A stretch of DNA of 64,000 nucleotides from Paraphysomonas bandaiensis (lineage: Eukaryota; Protista; Chrysophyceae): the NCBI GenBank assembly GCA_965644295.1, contig CBFFRP010000132.1:186001-250000 (forward strand), in the 5' to 3' direction. The position numbers and the translations under genes are program-made. Shown one piece after another: positions 52,575-64,000 of this stretch (positions are counted from its first letter, which is position 1; each line of letters opens with the position of its first letter). Below the pieces are notes generated by a model that saw only the letters and a program-made list of their open reading frames with translations, did no database searches and was not told the origin of the DNA.

Positions 52575-55500
52575 ATGAGGCTGTACGTACTGTGTGTATG
52601 TATGGCTGCTCTATTGCCTCTATCAAGTGGTAAGTGGGGAGTCTTCTGTCTTGTTGTGTAATGGTTACATGTATGTATGTATATTAAGGTTGGAATGAGT
52701 ATCAGAGTGCTGCTGTGTCGAATACTTGTGCAACAGATGAAGACTGCGCTCTCTGTGATTTTATTGGGTCGACTGATATCACAACGGCATACAGTTCATC
52801 GTGGACTTGCGATAATGTTAACTCCAAGTGCTCGTGGGATGGAATAGGCTGCAATGGTGGTGGTTCGGTCTCCAGCATTAGTCTAGGAAGCCAGGGTATA
52901 ACTGGATCACTTCCATTATCACTTGCAAACATGACTAATTTAGAGCATCTTGATTTGAGCACGAACAGTTTTTCCGGGACGCTTCCGTATAACATTGGCA
53001 GTTTAATCAAACTTTCGTTCTTGTCTCTGAGGTCGAACTTATTCACTGGTACACTGCCATTGTCGCTTACTCAACTCTCTAGCCTTGAGGAAACTGATTG
53101 TAGTGATAACATGCTGAGTGGCTCTCTACCGTCAAGTATTGGGAGTTTATACAACCTCCTGTATTTTTATGCTGAAGATTGCCTACTCAGTGGATTCCTT
53201 CCTGAATCCATTACATCAATGAGTAGTTTAGTGGAGTTCTCAGTGTATCGCAATACGCTCTCAGGTCCACTTCCGTCAGCTCTATCTCTTCTTACCAATG
53301 TAGAATATTTTGACCTCGGAGATAATATGTTTACTGGGACTCTTCCTTCTGGAGTTGGCGCCATGACACAACTCTGGTTATTGTATATTGACTACAGCGA
53401 TCTCACCGGCACACTCCCCACTGAGCTCGGCGCGCTTGACCTGCTTACTGATCTATCATTTTACAATAACAATTTGAATGGAACACTGCCCTCTACTCTT
53501 GGGGGAATGACAAGTCTCACCTACTTTGACTTAGGCCAAAATTCATTCACCGGAACGCTTCCTGCATCTATTATTAACATGTCATCGTTAGTGTTCTGGT
53601 ACATGGACAATAGTAGGATTACAGGACCCCTGCCGTTTGGCTTTGGAGACTTAAGTTATTTGCAACAGCTATCGCTTTTCCACAACCTACTCTCTGGCCC
53701 CCTTCCTGAGACAGTCACTAAACTAACCCTTCTCGATCTCCTTGATCTTGGAGCGAATTCGATATCAGGATCACTGCCTAACGACATTGGGGTTTTGCGA
53801 CGGGCGGAGTATATCTCACTGGCTCAAAATTCTCTCACAGGAGCACTCCCTTCCACCCTTAGCGATTTATCGAATCTGAAAAGTCTCGTTTTGTCGTTCA
53901 ACCATATTTCGGGTCCCATATTGCCTTCTATAGTGGATCTTACTGCTCTCCAGCGATTAGATATTGGCAACAACGAAATCACCGGGGAATTTCCAAGTGG
54001 CATAACTAAGATAGCTAATCTTGCCATTCTAAATGGAGAATCTAATGCATTACGTGGAACAATCCCAAGTGATATCGATACTCTGAGTGCCCTTACCTTT
54101 CTTGCCTTAGGAAATAACTATCTTAACGGGACACTGCCAGATAGTATAGCTAATCTGTATGACCTTGAAACTGGTACAGGTCTTTATCAGTTTCGAGCGA
54201 ATTCTAACCTGTTGACGGGTTCTATTCCAAGTTCATACGCCAACTTGTCCTCCCTGAAAGAGTTACAGTTGCAAGATAATCTACTAATAACAACGTATAG
54301 TGACCGCTTTTGTGAATTGACCCGCCTCGAAACGTTTTACGTCACACAATCTGAATATCATGAATGTAAAATACCTACCCCGATGCCGACCTCGGTGCCA
54401 ACCTCTCTACCGAGTGGGAACCCAACCTTTGTTCCTACCGCAAACCCATCAGAGCTACCGACACACGATCCTTCATCAGCACCATCTCATTCTCCCACAT
54501 GTGTTCCAACTATATCTCCGACATCATTTCCGACGGTTTCGCCGACAAGTACTCCTAGTATGTGTCCCACATATACACCGTCGCTGTTACCTACTGGTGA
54601 ACCAACTGTAGCCCCCACGGTAGGGCCATCTCATTCTCCCACTTGTGTTCCAACTATATCTCCGACATCATTTCCGACGGTTTCGCCGACAAGTACTCCT
54701 AGTATGTGTCCCACATATACACCGTCGCTGTTACCTACAGGTGAACCAACTGTAGCCCCCACGGTAGGACCGTCTCATTCTCCCACCTGTGTTCCAACTA
54801 TATCTCCGACATCATTTCCGACGGTTTCGCCGACAAGTACTCCTAGTATGTGTCCCACATATACACCGTCGCTGTTACCTACTGGTGAACCAACTGTAGC
54901 CCCCACGGTAGGACCGTCTCATTCTCCCACCTGTGTTCCAACTATATCTCCGACATCATTTCCGACGGTTTCGCCGACAAGTACTCCTAGTATGTGTCCC
55001 ACATATACACCGTCGCTGTTACCTACAGGTGAACCAACTGTAGCCCCCACGGTAGGACCGTCTCATTCTCCCACCTGTGTTCCAACTATATCTCCGACAT
55101 CATTTCCGACGGTTTCGCCGACAAGTACTCCTAGTATGTGTCCCACATATACACCGTCGCTGTTACCTACTGGTGAACCAACTGTAGCCCCCACGGTAGG
55201 GCCATCTCATTCTCCCACTTGTGTTCCAACTATATCTCCGACATCATTTCCGACGGTTTCGCCGACAAGTACTCCTAGTATGTGTCCCACATATACACCG
55301 TCGCTGTTACCTACAGGTGAACCAACTGTAGCCCCCACGGTAGGACCGTCTCATTCTCCCACCTGTGTTCCAACTATATCTCCGACATCATTTCCGACGG
55401 TTTCGCCGACAAGTACTCCTAGTATGTGTCCCACATATACACCGTCGCTGTTACCTACAGGTGAACCAACTGTAGCCCCCACGGTAGGACCGTCTCATTC

Positions 55501-57502
55501 TCCCACATGTGTTCCAACTATATCTCCGACATCTTTTCCGACGGTTTCGCCGACAAGTACTCCTAGTATGTGTCCCACATATACACCGTCGCTGTTACCT
55601 ACTGGTGAACCAACTGTAGCCCCCACGGTAGGGCCATCTCATTCTCCCACTTGTGTTCCAACTATATCTCCGACATCATTTCCGACGGTTTCGCCGACAA
55701 GTACTCCTAGTATGTGTCCCACATATACACCGTCGCTGTTACCTACTGGTGAACCAACTGTAGCCCCCACGGTAGGGCCATCTCATTCTCCCACATGTGT
55801 TCCAACTATATCTCCGACATCATTTCCGACGGTTTCGCCGACAAGTACTCCTAGTATGTGTCCCACATATACACCGTCGCTGTTACCTACAGGTGAACCA
55901 ACTGTAGCCCCCACGGTAGGGCCGTCTCATTCTCCCACCTGTGTTCCAACTATATCTCCGACATCATTTCCGACGGTTTCGCCGACAAGTACTCCTAGTA
56001 TGTGTCCCACATATACACCGTCGCTGTTACCTACTGGTGAACCAACTGTAGCCCCCACGGTAGGGCCATCTCATTCTCCCACATGTGTTCCAACTATATC
56101 TCCGACATCATTTCCGACGGTTTCGCCGACAAGTACTCCTAGTATGTGTCCCACATATACACCGTCGCTGTTACCTACTGGTGAACCAACTGTAGCCCCC
56201 ACGGTAGGACCGTCTCATTCTCCCACCTGTGTTCCAACTATATCTCCGACATCATTTCCGACGGTTTCGCCGACAAGTACTCCTAGTATGTGTCCCACAT
56301 ATACACCGTCGCTGTTACCTACTGGTGAACCAACTGTAGCCCCCACGGTAGGGCCATCTCATTCTCCCACTTGTGTTCCAACTATATCTCCGACATCATT
56401 TCCGACGGTTTCGCCGACAAGTACTCCTAGTATGTGTCCCACATATACACCGTCGCTGTTACCTACAGGTGAACCAACTGTAGCCCCCACGGTAGGACCG
56501 TCTCATTCTCCCACATGTGTTCCAACTATATCTCCGACATCATTTCCGACAGTTAACCCAGTTGCTGACCCTACATCTTGTCCTTCGTTTTCTCCAACTA
56601 TGCTTTTTGACGTATTGCCTACAATTATTCCAACTGCTGTACCATCTCTATACCCTACAGAATTGGTAACTGTTACTGTAGCAATACCTTGCTCCTTTAA
56701 TGCCACCGGCTTGCAGTTTCTTAATAGCTCCTCTGAGTTGGAGATTGCTCTGGAAGATGTTCTTTTGGGGGAAGACGAAGGGTATGTAGTTGTTGATGGC
56801 ATAAGCAAGATTGGTGCCGTTAACACGGAGTATCAATCTGTGTTTGTCATAGCTGCTGAAGAGTTGGATGTGTATCTTGTTTCTTACACGGTGTTTGGTG
56901 TGTATCGACGACACAGTCCGGGAGTGAACAAGGATGTTGTGTTCAGCACGTTGCAGCAAAAGTATTCTGACGCCATTGAGAGCGGTGCTCTAGTTACCAG
57001 GGTGTCTAGTGTTGCTAAAAATACAGTAACGATATCCGGCTACATCAGCAGTATCGACGATGTGAGAGTAACTGCTGCTACGCGAATACCGACGTCATTT
57101 CCTAGCATACAACCAAGCTCTGAGATACTGCATCGGTCGTCCGATAGTCGTACAACAATAGCTGAATCACATTCCACATGGTACATTGTAGCGGCTGTGG
57201 TGTTCGTGTTTTTATTGCTCGCAGTTTTCTTATGTCGGAAGTATGTGTATGCGATGCGTCGGCAAGAAAAAAGTGAATTTTACGGTCTTAATGCCCACAC
57301 TCTGGCCACTGAGACAGTTTCTATTGACAGCGAGCGACCAATTTCAAGTATATTCCCTCGAGGTGAGGATACACGAAGGGTAGAAAAGTTTTATAATATG
57401 GAGTCGTCATTAAGGATTGATTTGGGGGAAGAAGATCCTGAGATTGTTAGTGATAAGGTCTCGTCGGCGTTAGTTAGAAATGAAAATATAGAGGCAGTGT
57501 AG
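52575..57502 (+). CDS. LRR receptor-like protein with Pro/Thr/Ser mucin stalk and single TM; exons 52575-52629, 52689-57502
   Basis: Signal peptide exon, LRRNT cap CSWDGIGC, about 20 plant-type LRRs (LxxLxLxxNxLSGxLP), 48-aa PT repeats, TM WYIVAAVVFVFLLLAVFLC, and a cytoplasmic tail without a kinase. Confidence 0.93.
54482..56550 (+). repeat. Coding minisatellite: 144-bp unit, 14 full copies plus a partial copy
   Basis: Unit encodes PSHSPTCVPTISPTSFPTVSPTSTPSMCPTYTPSLLPTGEPTVAPTVG; starts at 54482, 54626 ... 56498. Confidence 0.97.
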
Positions 57503-57679
57503 CGTAACAAAGGAAATATATTATAGAATTATCATGCACATTTATTTGTTAAGTCGTACTCTATCGAACGTATTTACACAGTTGAAACTCGCCGGTTGAC
57601 AGTGTGTACGCCCATCATATATCTAATCTAATTATAAACACATAATGAACCCCGCGAAACAGATTTAACTTCTGTTACA

Positions 57680-59033
57680 TAGTGAATGTCTTATTATGTG
57701 CAATAGGCGTGCAAGAGTCAAAACTAATGTAGCAAAACAATTTATCTAACTAGTGCTTAACTCAGATACTCTACTATTTGGCGCTACGAAAGCTGCTTGT
57801 GCGTCACCGCAGGCACCAGGGTGCAACCACTTTCGCACTATTGCTCAAAGCAAATGCAGTGAACAAGCAGAATGTTGATATACCTGACATCTGCTGACAT
57901 CAGGATACTTCTGTTACAAGATGGAATTGTATAATAGCTAAATACTAAATATAGCCCAAGATATATGATCAGCTCTATAGCAAGAGGACTATACAGACTA
58001 TATATGTACAAAACTTGTTCTATCTGTGAATTAATCTACTGTAACACTATATTATATAACTTGTTCACTAACTTTGAGTTGTTATATAAATGAGATCAGA
58101 CCTTTTTCCTCAGCAAAGTCGGTGATAGAGCGGAAGTGGTTGCACCTTGGTCCTTGCAGTGACGCACAAGCAGCTTTCGTACCGTTAAATAGTAAGATAT
58201 CAGCGTTAAGCACTAGTTAGTTAATTTTTTTGCAACATTAGTTTTGACTCTTACACGCCTATTGCTAATAATAATATGACATTCACTACATCATTTTAAT
58301 GCACAATATTTCTTGTATTATTGAAACCCAGCTCAGAACTGAACTCTCTTTTCTAATGTTAGACTTGTTCAACTATACACATTGAACTCGATTGCATACT
58401 TCTACTAATAACTACAACAATAATTTATATATCACATTAAATATACAGCGGCACACCACACCTGTGAATAACTTCATCTGACCTGTAAATATACACTTAA
58501 CTATTGCTCACTATATATGTTCTATAATCCCTCAACAAAGTCGGACTCGCATCTTTTCGTGGTGATCTGGAAGACAAGTACCGACAACTAATATATATAA
58601 TCAGCATATAATTTTCGGCCCACACATAGCCAAATGCTTGGAACATACAAATATAAGTGATAAGTGTTACATATGTACTATGTACACGTCTTTGGGTCTT
58701 GACACTAACCCTCAGGGACCTGGGCCCACCGCATGGGTATCCGAGGTATTTGTCTGCCTGCCAAAGTCAAGCACCCGGGCTGCTCATCTTAAGGACTCAA
58801 AAATCCTGATGTCAGCAGATGTCAGGTATATCAACATTCTGCTTGTTCACTGCGTTTGCTTTGAGCAACAGTGCGAAAGTGGTTACACCTTGGTGCCTGC
58901 GGTGACGCACAAGCAGCTTTCGTAGCGCCAAATAGTAGAGTATCTGAGTTAAGCACTAGTTAATTAAATTGTTTTGCTACATTAGTTCTGACTCTTACAC
59001 GCCTATTGCTAATAATAATATGACATTCACTAC
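57680..59033. repeat. Cluster of the ~500-bp repeat family: 57680-57906 (-), internally deleted 58107-58290 (+), full 58529-59033 (+); outer copies form a ~227-bp inverted repeat
   Basis: 57680-57906 is a near-identical reverse complement of 58803-59032. The 58107 copy joins the element start (cctcagcaaagtcgg) directly to its 3' part. Confidence 0.92.
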
Positions 59034-59319
59034 TGCGTCCAATTACTTCCACTGCTAAATTTAAATGCTACAACCATTGATATGTGTTGAGAATCAGACA
59101 TGGAGTACGTCAAAAGTGTACGGCTTGAGAAAGTTGTCTAGAATAAAACCAAGGCGTACCGACTCTGGGATATCTTCGGCTCCTTCGGTAATACTCTCTG
59201 ATAGGGCGTGTATCTAGATATTGTTATACCTCCACAGACTTAGGCATTATGAGATTTATACTGTATACTGTACAATACTAATTGCAAACTGTTTGCCATC
59301 ATGCACTTTCACGTACATA

Positions 59320-59816
59320 CTCACACCTAGCCTTATCTTGGAGGTCCATCTTCATAGCCATAATGTCGCGGTGCACATGGAGTGAAGCGCACAATTAGAA
59401 CCAGACATGGAGTAGTCGAGCCCCATGATGGCATCCCGCAGTACACCACTCATGGAAACGTATTGAACTCCTTTCGTGCAGAATCTATACAATCCCCTGA
59501 CTCCAGTGGCCCCTGGATGCGGATAGAGATCCGTACTCTGCGAGAACATCTTCCGTGCTCTCACTATCGATCACTCTGGCGATGAGTCCTGAACTGTGTA
59601 ACCTCCATACACACTTCACGTCTACCTCAGAGTCACCGGCAACGGCGTTGAGATGAGCCACACTGAGGAAGTTTGTCTTCTCACTGGCCAGATCCGGCAA
59701 AGCCTCAACTCTCGCTGCTGAGGTACACACACTGGAGGCACGCCACACGGACTGGAAGGCTTTACCTCAAGCAAAGCATTCCTTTCTCCCAATGAGGGCA
59801 GTGTAACTTCATCCAT
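59320..59816 (-). pseudogene. Possible decayed Ser/Thr protein kinase fragment
   Basis: Minus-strand pieces EYGSL, VLRDAIMGLDY and, frameshifted, HVHRDI resemble kinase subdomains V-VIb. No continuous splice-consistent ORF. Confidence 0.35.
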
Positions 59817-60102
59817 ACGACTGTCTGTATGCTTATGAGTGAGCAGCGTGCGCAGTCCAGTCCGCAGTGTAGTCGGGTGCCTACACGAGGAGTCACCTCA
59901 AAATCAGCCGTCCGAAAGAAAAAAACAAACAAAAACCGGGCAAATTTGATCTTTACCTCCTGCACTCACTGAATTTCCTGGATTTCTCACTGCGTTTCTG
60001 AGTATTTTCTCAGAAGGGTGAGGAGAGACTGACTCGTCGTCTCTGTGCCCAGCTCATGCATGCAGCTACGCTGTTGAAACACAGTTCATTACACGATTGA
60101 AG

Positions 60103-61035
60103 ATGATTACTTACTCTGGAAGGCGGGAAGTTCCAAAGCATAGAACTGAGCCAACTCTATGTGGCTCTGCCCACCAAATTACAGAGTCATTGTTTCTTGG
60201 GCCAATGCAGGCGTGTGGGCCGAACAGGTCCGAGGAGCTACTCTCTCAGAATGTAACAGGCATAGTCAACTGTTGTCCAAACATATGTGTCAATGTTTAT
60301 GAGCACTGTATTGAGTACTGTCTAGTCGCAGTAGAGGATAATGAAGCTGCCAATATTCTTCCGTGGCTACATCCGGCCAGTGATTTCATTCAAAAGCACG
60401 TATCTGTTGGTGGTAGATGCTTGGTGCACTGTCAGATGGGGGTATCTCGCTCATCTACGGTTGTTATTGCTTATCTAATGAAGTATCATGGAATGACATT
60501 GGATGATGCCTATGTATTCACGAAGAGTAAACGCCATATAATTGAACCCAACGTTGGTTTTTGGCGGCAGCTACAAGAATTCCAGAAGCAACTAAATAGT
60601 ATGTCTGTGCGCCCATCACAAGCGGTGGGATATGATGATGATTGGATATCAGCAATGTACGTAGCGTATAATGTGAACCATGATCAAGGATATGATACTA
60701 TGTGCAATGATTTGTCCGCATGCACTAATGTAGAAACTGCAAATGAAGCCTTGATGATAGGACTATACTTTATTCTTGGAAAAGGGTTGAGTGATCATAA
60801 TTTAAAGTGGTATATTGCGCTAGCCAGAGCATATGACAAGTGCATACCAGAAATCGTTGACGAGGGTGAAAGTAGTACAGAGAAGAAATATATAGACACC
60901 GAAAGATCTCACTCTGTTATACAGATATGTAATATTATTCATTCCGAGCAGTTTCTAGAAGATTGGTCATCAGAATTTCGACCTTGTGATAAAGAAAAAC
61001 TTCTGAGCGCCTTGCAGCTTGTAGAAGAACTATAG
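60103..61035 (+). CDS. Atypical dual-specificity protein phosphatase with C-terminal helical extension
   Basis: QITESLFLG, VED general-acid loop, VHCQMGVSRSST (CX5R), AYLMK, IEPNVGFWRQL. Confidence 0.93.
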   Translation: MITYSGRREVPKHRTEPTLCGSAHQITESLFLGPMQACGPNRSEELLSQNVTGIVNCCPNICVNVYEHCIEYCLVAVEDNEAANILPWLHPASDFIQKHVSVGGRCLVHCQMGVSRSSTVVIAYLMKYHGMTLDDAYVFTKSKRHIIEPNVGFWRQLQEFQKQLNSMSVRPSQAVGYDDDWISAMYVAYNVNHDQGYDTMCNDLSACTNVETANEALMIGLYFILGKGLSDHNLKWYIALARAYDKCIPEIVDEGESSTEKKYIDTERSHSVIQICNIIHSEQFLEDWSSEFRPCDKEKLLSALQLVEEL

Positions 61036-62062
61036 AGTAGTCATAACTAATATGATCAAGATAAATGTATTGATTAACTTGTAGTGAAATTAGTTACTAA
61101 TTGCGCTCGAAAAAATTAAATTTAAATAAGTAATCGCCACACCACGACTGCAGATATTTTTTACATCGCAACACTTCGGTTACAACCTTCTACACCAAAG
61201 AAACATTCAATAACTATTATTAACTCTATAATAGCCAACATTACTGACAGAAGAAGCTGTACGAAACACTGCCACGCATACGATAGACATGGTAATACTA
61301 TTAAAAACAAAAAGAAGGTGCTCGGCTCAATACAACCACACATACGACTTAAATGACATACGCTATATTTTGTAGTTATTGTGCAATAAATACACAAGAT
61401 GAGAACATATATGTGTATTATCACAATGATTTTTACTCTTGGTAATTTCTATATATTTATATATATATATATAAGCATTGTACAATGTAAGTCATCACAA
61501 CAATGTTTAAATTCAAACGAAATATTCTCTCTGTTACTCAGTCTAATCCATTTCTAGGTTCTCGATCGCTTTTTCAAAATATGTTGGTGTGGTACTATCA
61601 TATGTATGGCAATTGCGTTCATGAAATGGTCATGGATTATTGTAGTTCGGTTGGTGGAACGAGAACATGCTTTTCATTCCACATCGCATTAGGACATGTA
61701 GGGGCACCATGTACAGTTTTCTTCCACTGACACAAATAGTAGTATTACGTTGCAGAGTTCAATGTTTGAGTCGTTCGGTTGAACTCGTAACCTATACTAG
61801 TACTGTATTCACTTTCAAGAAAAGTGTCCTACGTCTAAGGTGCACTGCATATCCACTGCGGCAATTGGAAACAAAGCATAAAAGTATTGACAACACCACA
61901 AAGAGGTCAAAATACAAGCATTCAGCACTCACAGCTTTAATTATATATGGTCTATTTCTGATTTGTGTGTATGGACTGCAGGCGTTGGACTGAAGAGCAC
62001 ACTCTTGAGTAAGAAATTGGGACAAACAGGTTTCATATATGTACTCATATACTACAGTGACC

Positions 62063-62094
62063 CAGCAGTACAGCAGTACAGCAGTACAGCAGTA
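62063..62094. promoter_or_regulatory. (CAGCAGTA)x4 tandem of the recurrent promoter-associated motif, upstream of XRCC4
   Basis: Four perfect 8-mers about 240-270 bp before the ATG; the same core recurs upstream of most genes in the window. Confidence 0.55.
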
Positions 62095-62330
62095 CATGTA
62101 TCCGCCACACTCAACAAGAGCTGAAGAGGCGACAGATAAACAAGTCAATCACACGCACAGTGGTCGCCCAGAGTCTCTGAGTGATTGTGACGACGTAAAG
62201 CGACCCTATATACCCGCCCTCGACCCTTGCATTACAGTGGCTGCGGTTTCTCATTAAGTGTTGACTGCGACAAGCGGTCGGTTCATCACATAGATAAGAA
62301 CTCCTTACAGAGCAGCACTTTAATATAAAT

Positions 62331-63767
62331 ATGAGTGAAGAGCCGACACTTGTGTCGATAAAGTGTAGAAATATCTCCTACTTTTTATGGGTGACTGACA
62401 TCGACCACAGCTCAATGCGTGCATTGCTGCAGATAACGAATGGTGTTGACACTTGGGAAGGTTATATTGGTGTAGCAGATAAACCACACAGTAACCAGCA
62501 GAGTGAATCCGTATATTTTAAAACCCTCTTAGAATGTATTCGTCATATAGACACGAAAAAATACGAGTACGAGTTGACTACTGAAAAGCAAAATCATCTT
62601 CTGTTCGCTTTGAAGGTTGCAGGACTTCTCATGTTTGATTATATGGCATCATTTGAATTTGTATAGGAATACTTGGATGATGGAATCAGTGCATTGTTAG
62701 CCAAATGCACTCTTCTTCCTTGCGCATCTCAAATAGGTATGTCCAAGATGTTGTCCTCTATCTGTGATCTACTACAACGAAACGACATTACGCTGAACAG
62801 TTACAAGCGAGAAGTGGAGAAGAACAGAGAAGTGCTAGACAGACTTGCACACGAGATTCGAGTCTATAGTGACGAAAGAGAAACATTTCAGACTTCTTTG
62901 GTTTCCAAGTTTTGTTTGGTTGTGAATAGCAAAAAGGATGAAATAAAACGTCTTTGCGATGAAGTTAGTCGGCTAAAAAAGCAGCTTCATGAAATTGACA
63001 GGACTTCACAATCTTCAGCGTCGCTAAAGATGGAGACGGCATCCAAACCCGCATGTCAACCATTCTCCGCTGTCTCGGATGAAGATACAAAGAGTAATGA
63101 CGATGATACACGGGCGAAATCTAAAAGGGGTCGAAATGGAAGGACGCTGCCCCGTAGAGGGAGAAAAGGTGGGCGATGTCCAATTTCGATTGTGTGTGTA
63201 GCCTATTTGCATTGCTAGTTGATCCATGTGTATTGAGATCAGAATACCAAGGCTGCATCATAGTGGGATATGTATGATGTGTACATTTCCTGTTATATAG
63301 TAATGTGCTGTACGGCAGAAGCAATGTCTCAAATGCTGGCCCCCAGTGGAATGGAGCTGTCGAGCAGCACGCTTGATATTATGCTGACACAGTCACAGTC
63401 GTCACATGGGAATAATAATTGTGTAAGCGCCACACCCAATGAAGAAATGTCTGATAGTGGAATGGAAAATGAAGAGAGTTTTTCTCCAGCACTTTCGAGT
63501 GATAACGAGAAAGTGACCAAAAAACGAAGTGCAACTCAAGCAATACAAAACATTATAGAAAGTGACGAAGAGCAGAGTGATAAATCGGATAGCATTCACC
63601 GCTCCTCGAAAAAGGTAAAACTGACCAATAAAGAGGCCAACTCTAGTAAAAGTTCCTCCGGCTGCACTGGAGGTGCTAAGAAGCCCAAGTCTGTGCTTCG
63701 TAGTATGCTAGCATCCGACTCAGATGATGACCCTCCTTCTGAAGACGACTTGATGAACTATATGTGA
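62331..63767 (+). CDS. XRCC4: DNA repair protein XRCC4-like; exons 62331-62615, 62667-63168, 63319-63767
   Basis: Head domain (YFLWV...LQITNGVDTWEGYI), coiled coil with LVSKFCLVVNSKKDEIKRL (compare XRCC4 LYKRFILVLNEKK), and an acidic/basic disordered tail. Confidence 0.82.
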
Positions 63768-64000
63768 TTTTATGATTATCGTAAACTCAATAACCTTACA
63801 CTGTCTAAAAGTAATATTGATATTCAATTAGTTCACATTATTCTTATTTCAATTTTACGTTTATGGTTTATGACGCAGCTACATTACGCAATTCTACCTA
63901 CATTGGCTACAATTACAATACATTGTAAAAGTCTACAATAGCTTATGTGGAGTGGTGTGACGAATACATACCCTAAAAGCAGCAGATTCATAACGAGCAT

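Noticed and set aside
54482-56550. CRISPR-like array
   Set aside because: Contiguous coding repeats without unique spacers, in a eukaryotic gene; no cas genes.
58529-59033. Hammerhead ribozyme, tRNA-derived SINE or group II intron in the repeat family
   Set aside because: No CUGANGA/GAAA core, no convincing A/B boxes, and the hairpin is too short and lacks the AGC/CGC triad of domain V.
61945-62030. SDLCVWTAGVG, resembling a type II NADH dehydrogenase motif
   Set aside because: Only about 10 residues, with no supporting flanking exons.

Overview
Eukaryotic nuclear DNA with short (about 45-60 nt) GT-AG introns, from a flagellated stramenopile. The marker is a Sig1/Ocm1-type tubular mastigoneme gene; ochrophyte or chrysophyte-like is an inference. 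There are about 19 apparently intact genes: a giant ankyrin-repeat protein, GEMIN2, a RING/B-box protein, an MFS transporter, deoxyhypusine synthase, an atypical aquaporin, a membrane-anchored thioredoxin, an LtrA-family protein, the mastigoneme protein, a GDPD, a proteobacterial-type thiolase, a stand-alone PPDK N-terminal domain, PLPBP, an unknown secreted protein, a coiled-coil protein (plus a frameshifted tandem copy), a C2-like protein, an LRR-mucin receptor-like protein, a DUSP and XRCC4. Most genes sit in head-to-head pairs whose promoters share a recurrent TATACAGCAGTA-type motif. One divergent promoter is almost entirely a 1.3-kb (TATG)n array. The gaps downstream of gene 3' ends hold transposon debris: a hAT element with TIRs and an 8-bp TSD, a second hAT relic, copia PPT/LTR/RNase H relics, a MITE, nested inverted duplications, and an unclassified ~500-bp repeat family that tends to form inverted pairs. 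I saw no tRNA, rRNA or CRISPR array. I found no multi-gene novel pathway. The best leads are the promoter motif with the TATG array, the intact but catalytically degenerate PPDK_N gene, the unorthodox aquaporin and the apparently horizontally acquired thiolase. All calls are by eye; no searches were run.
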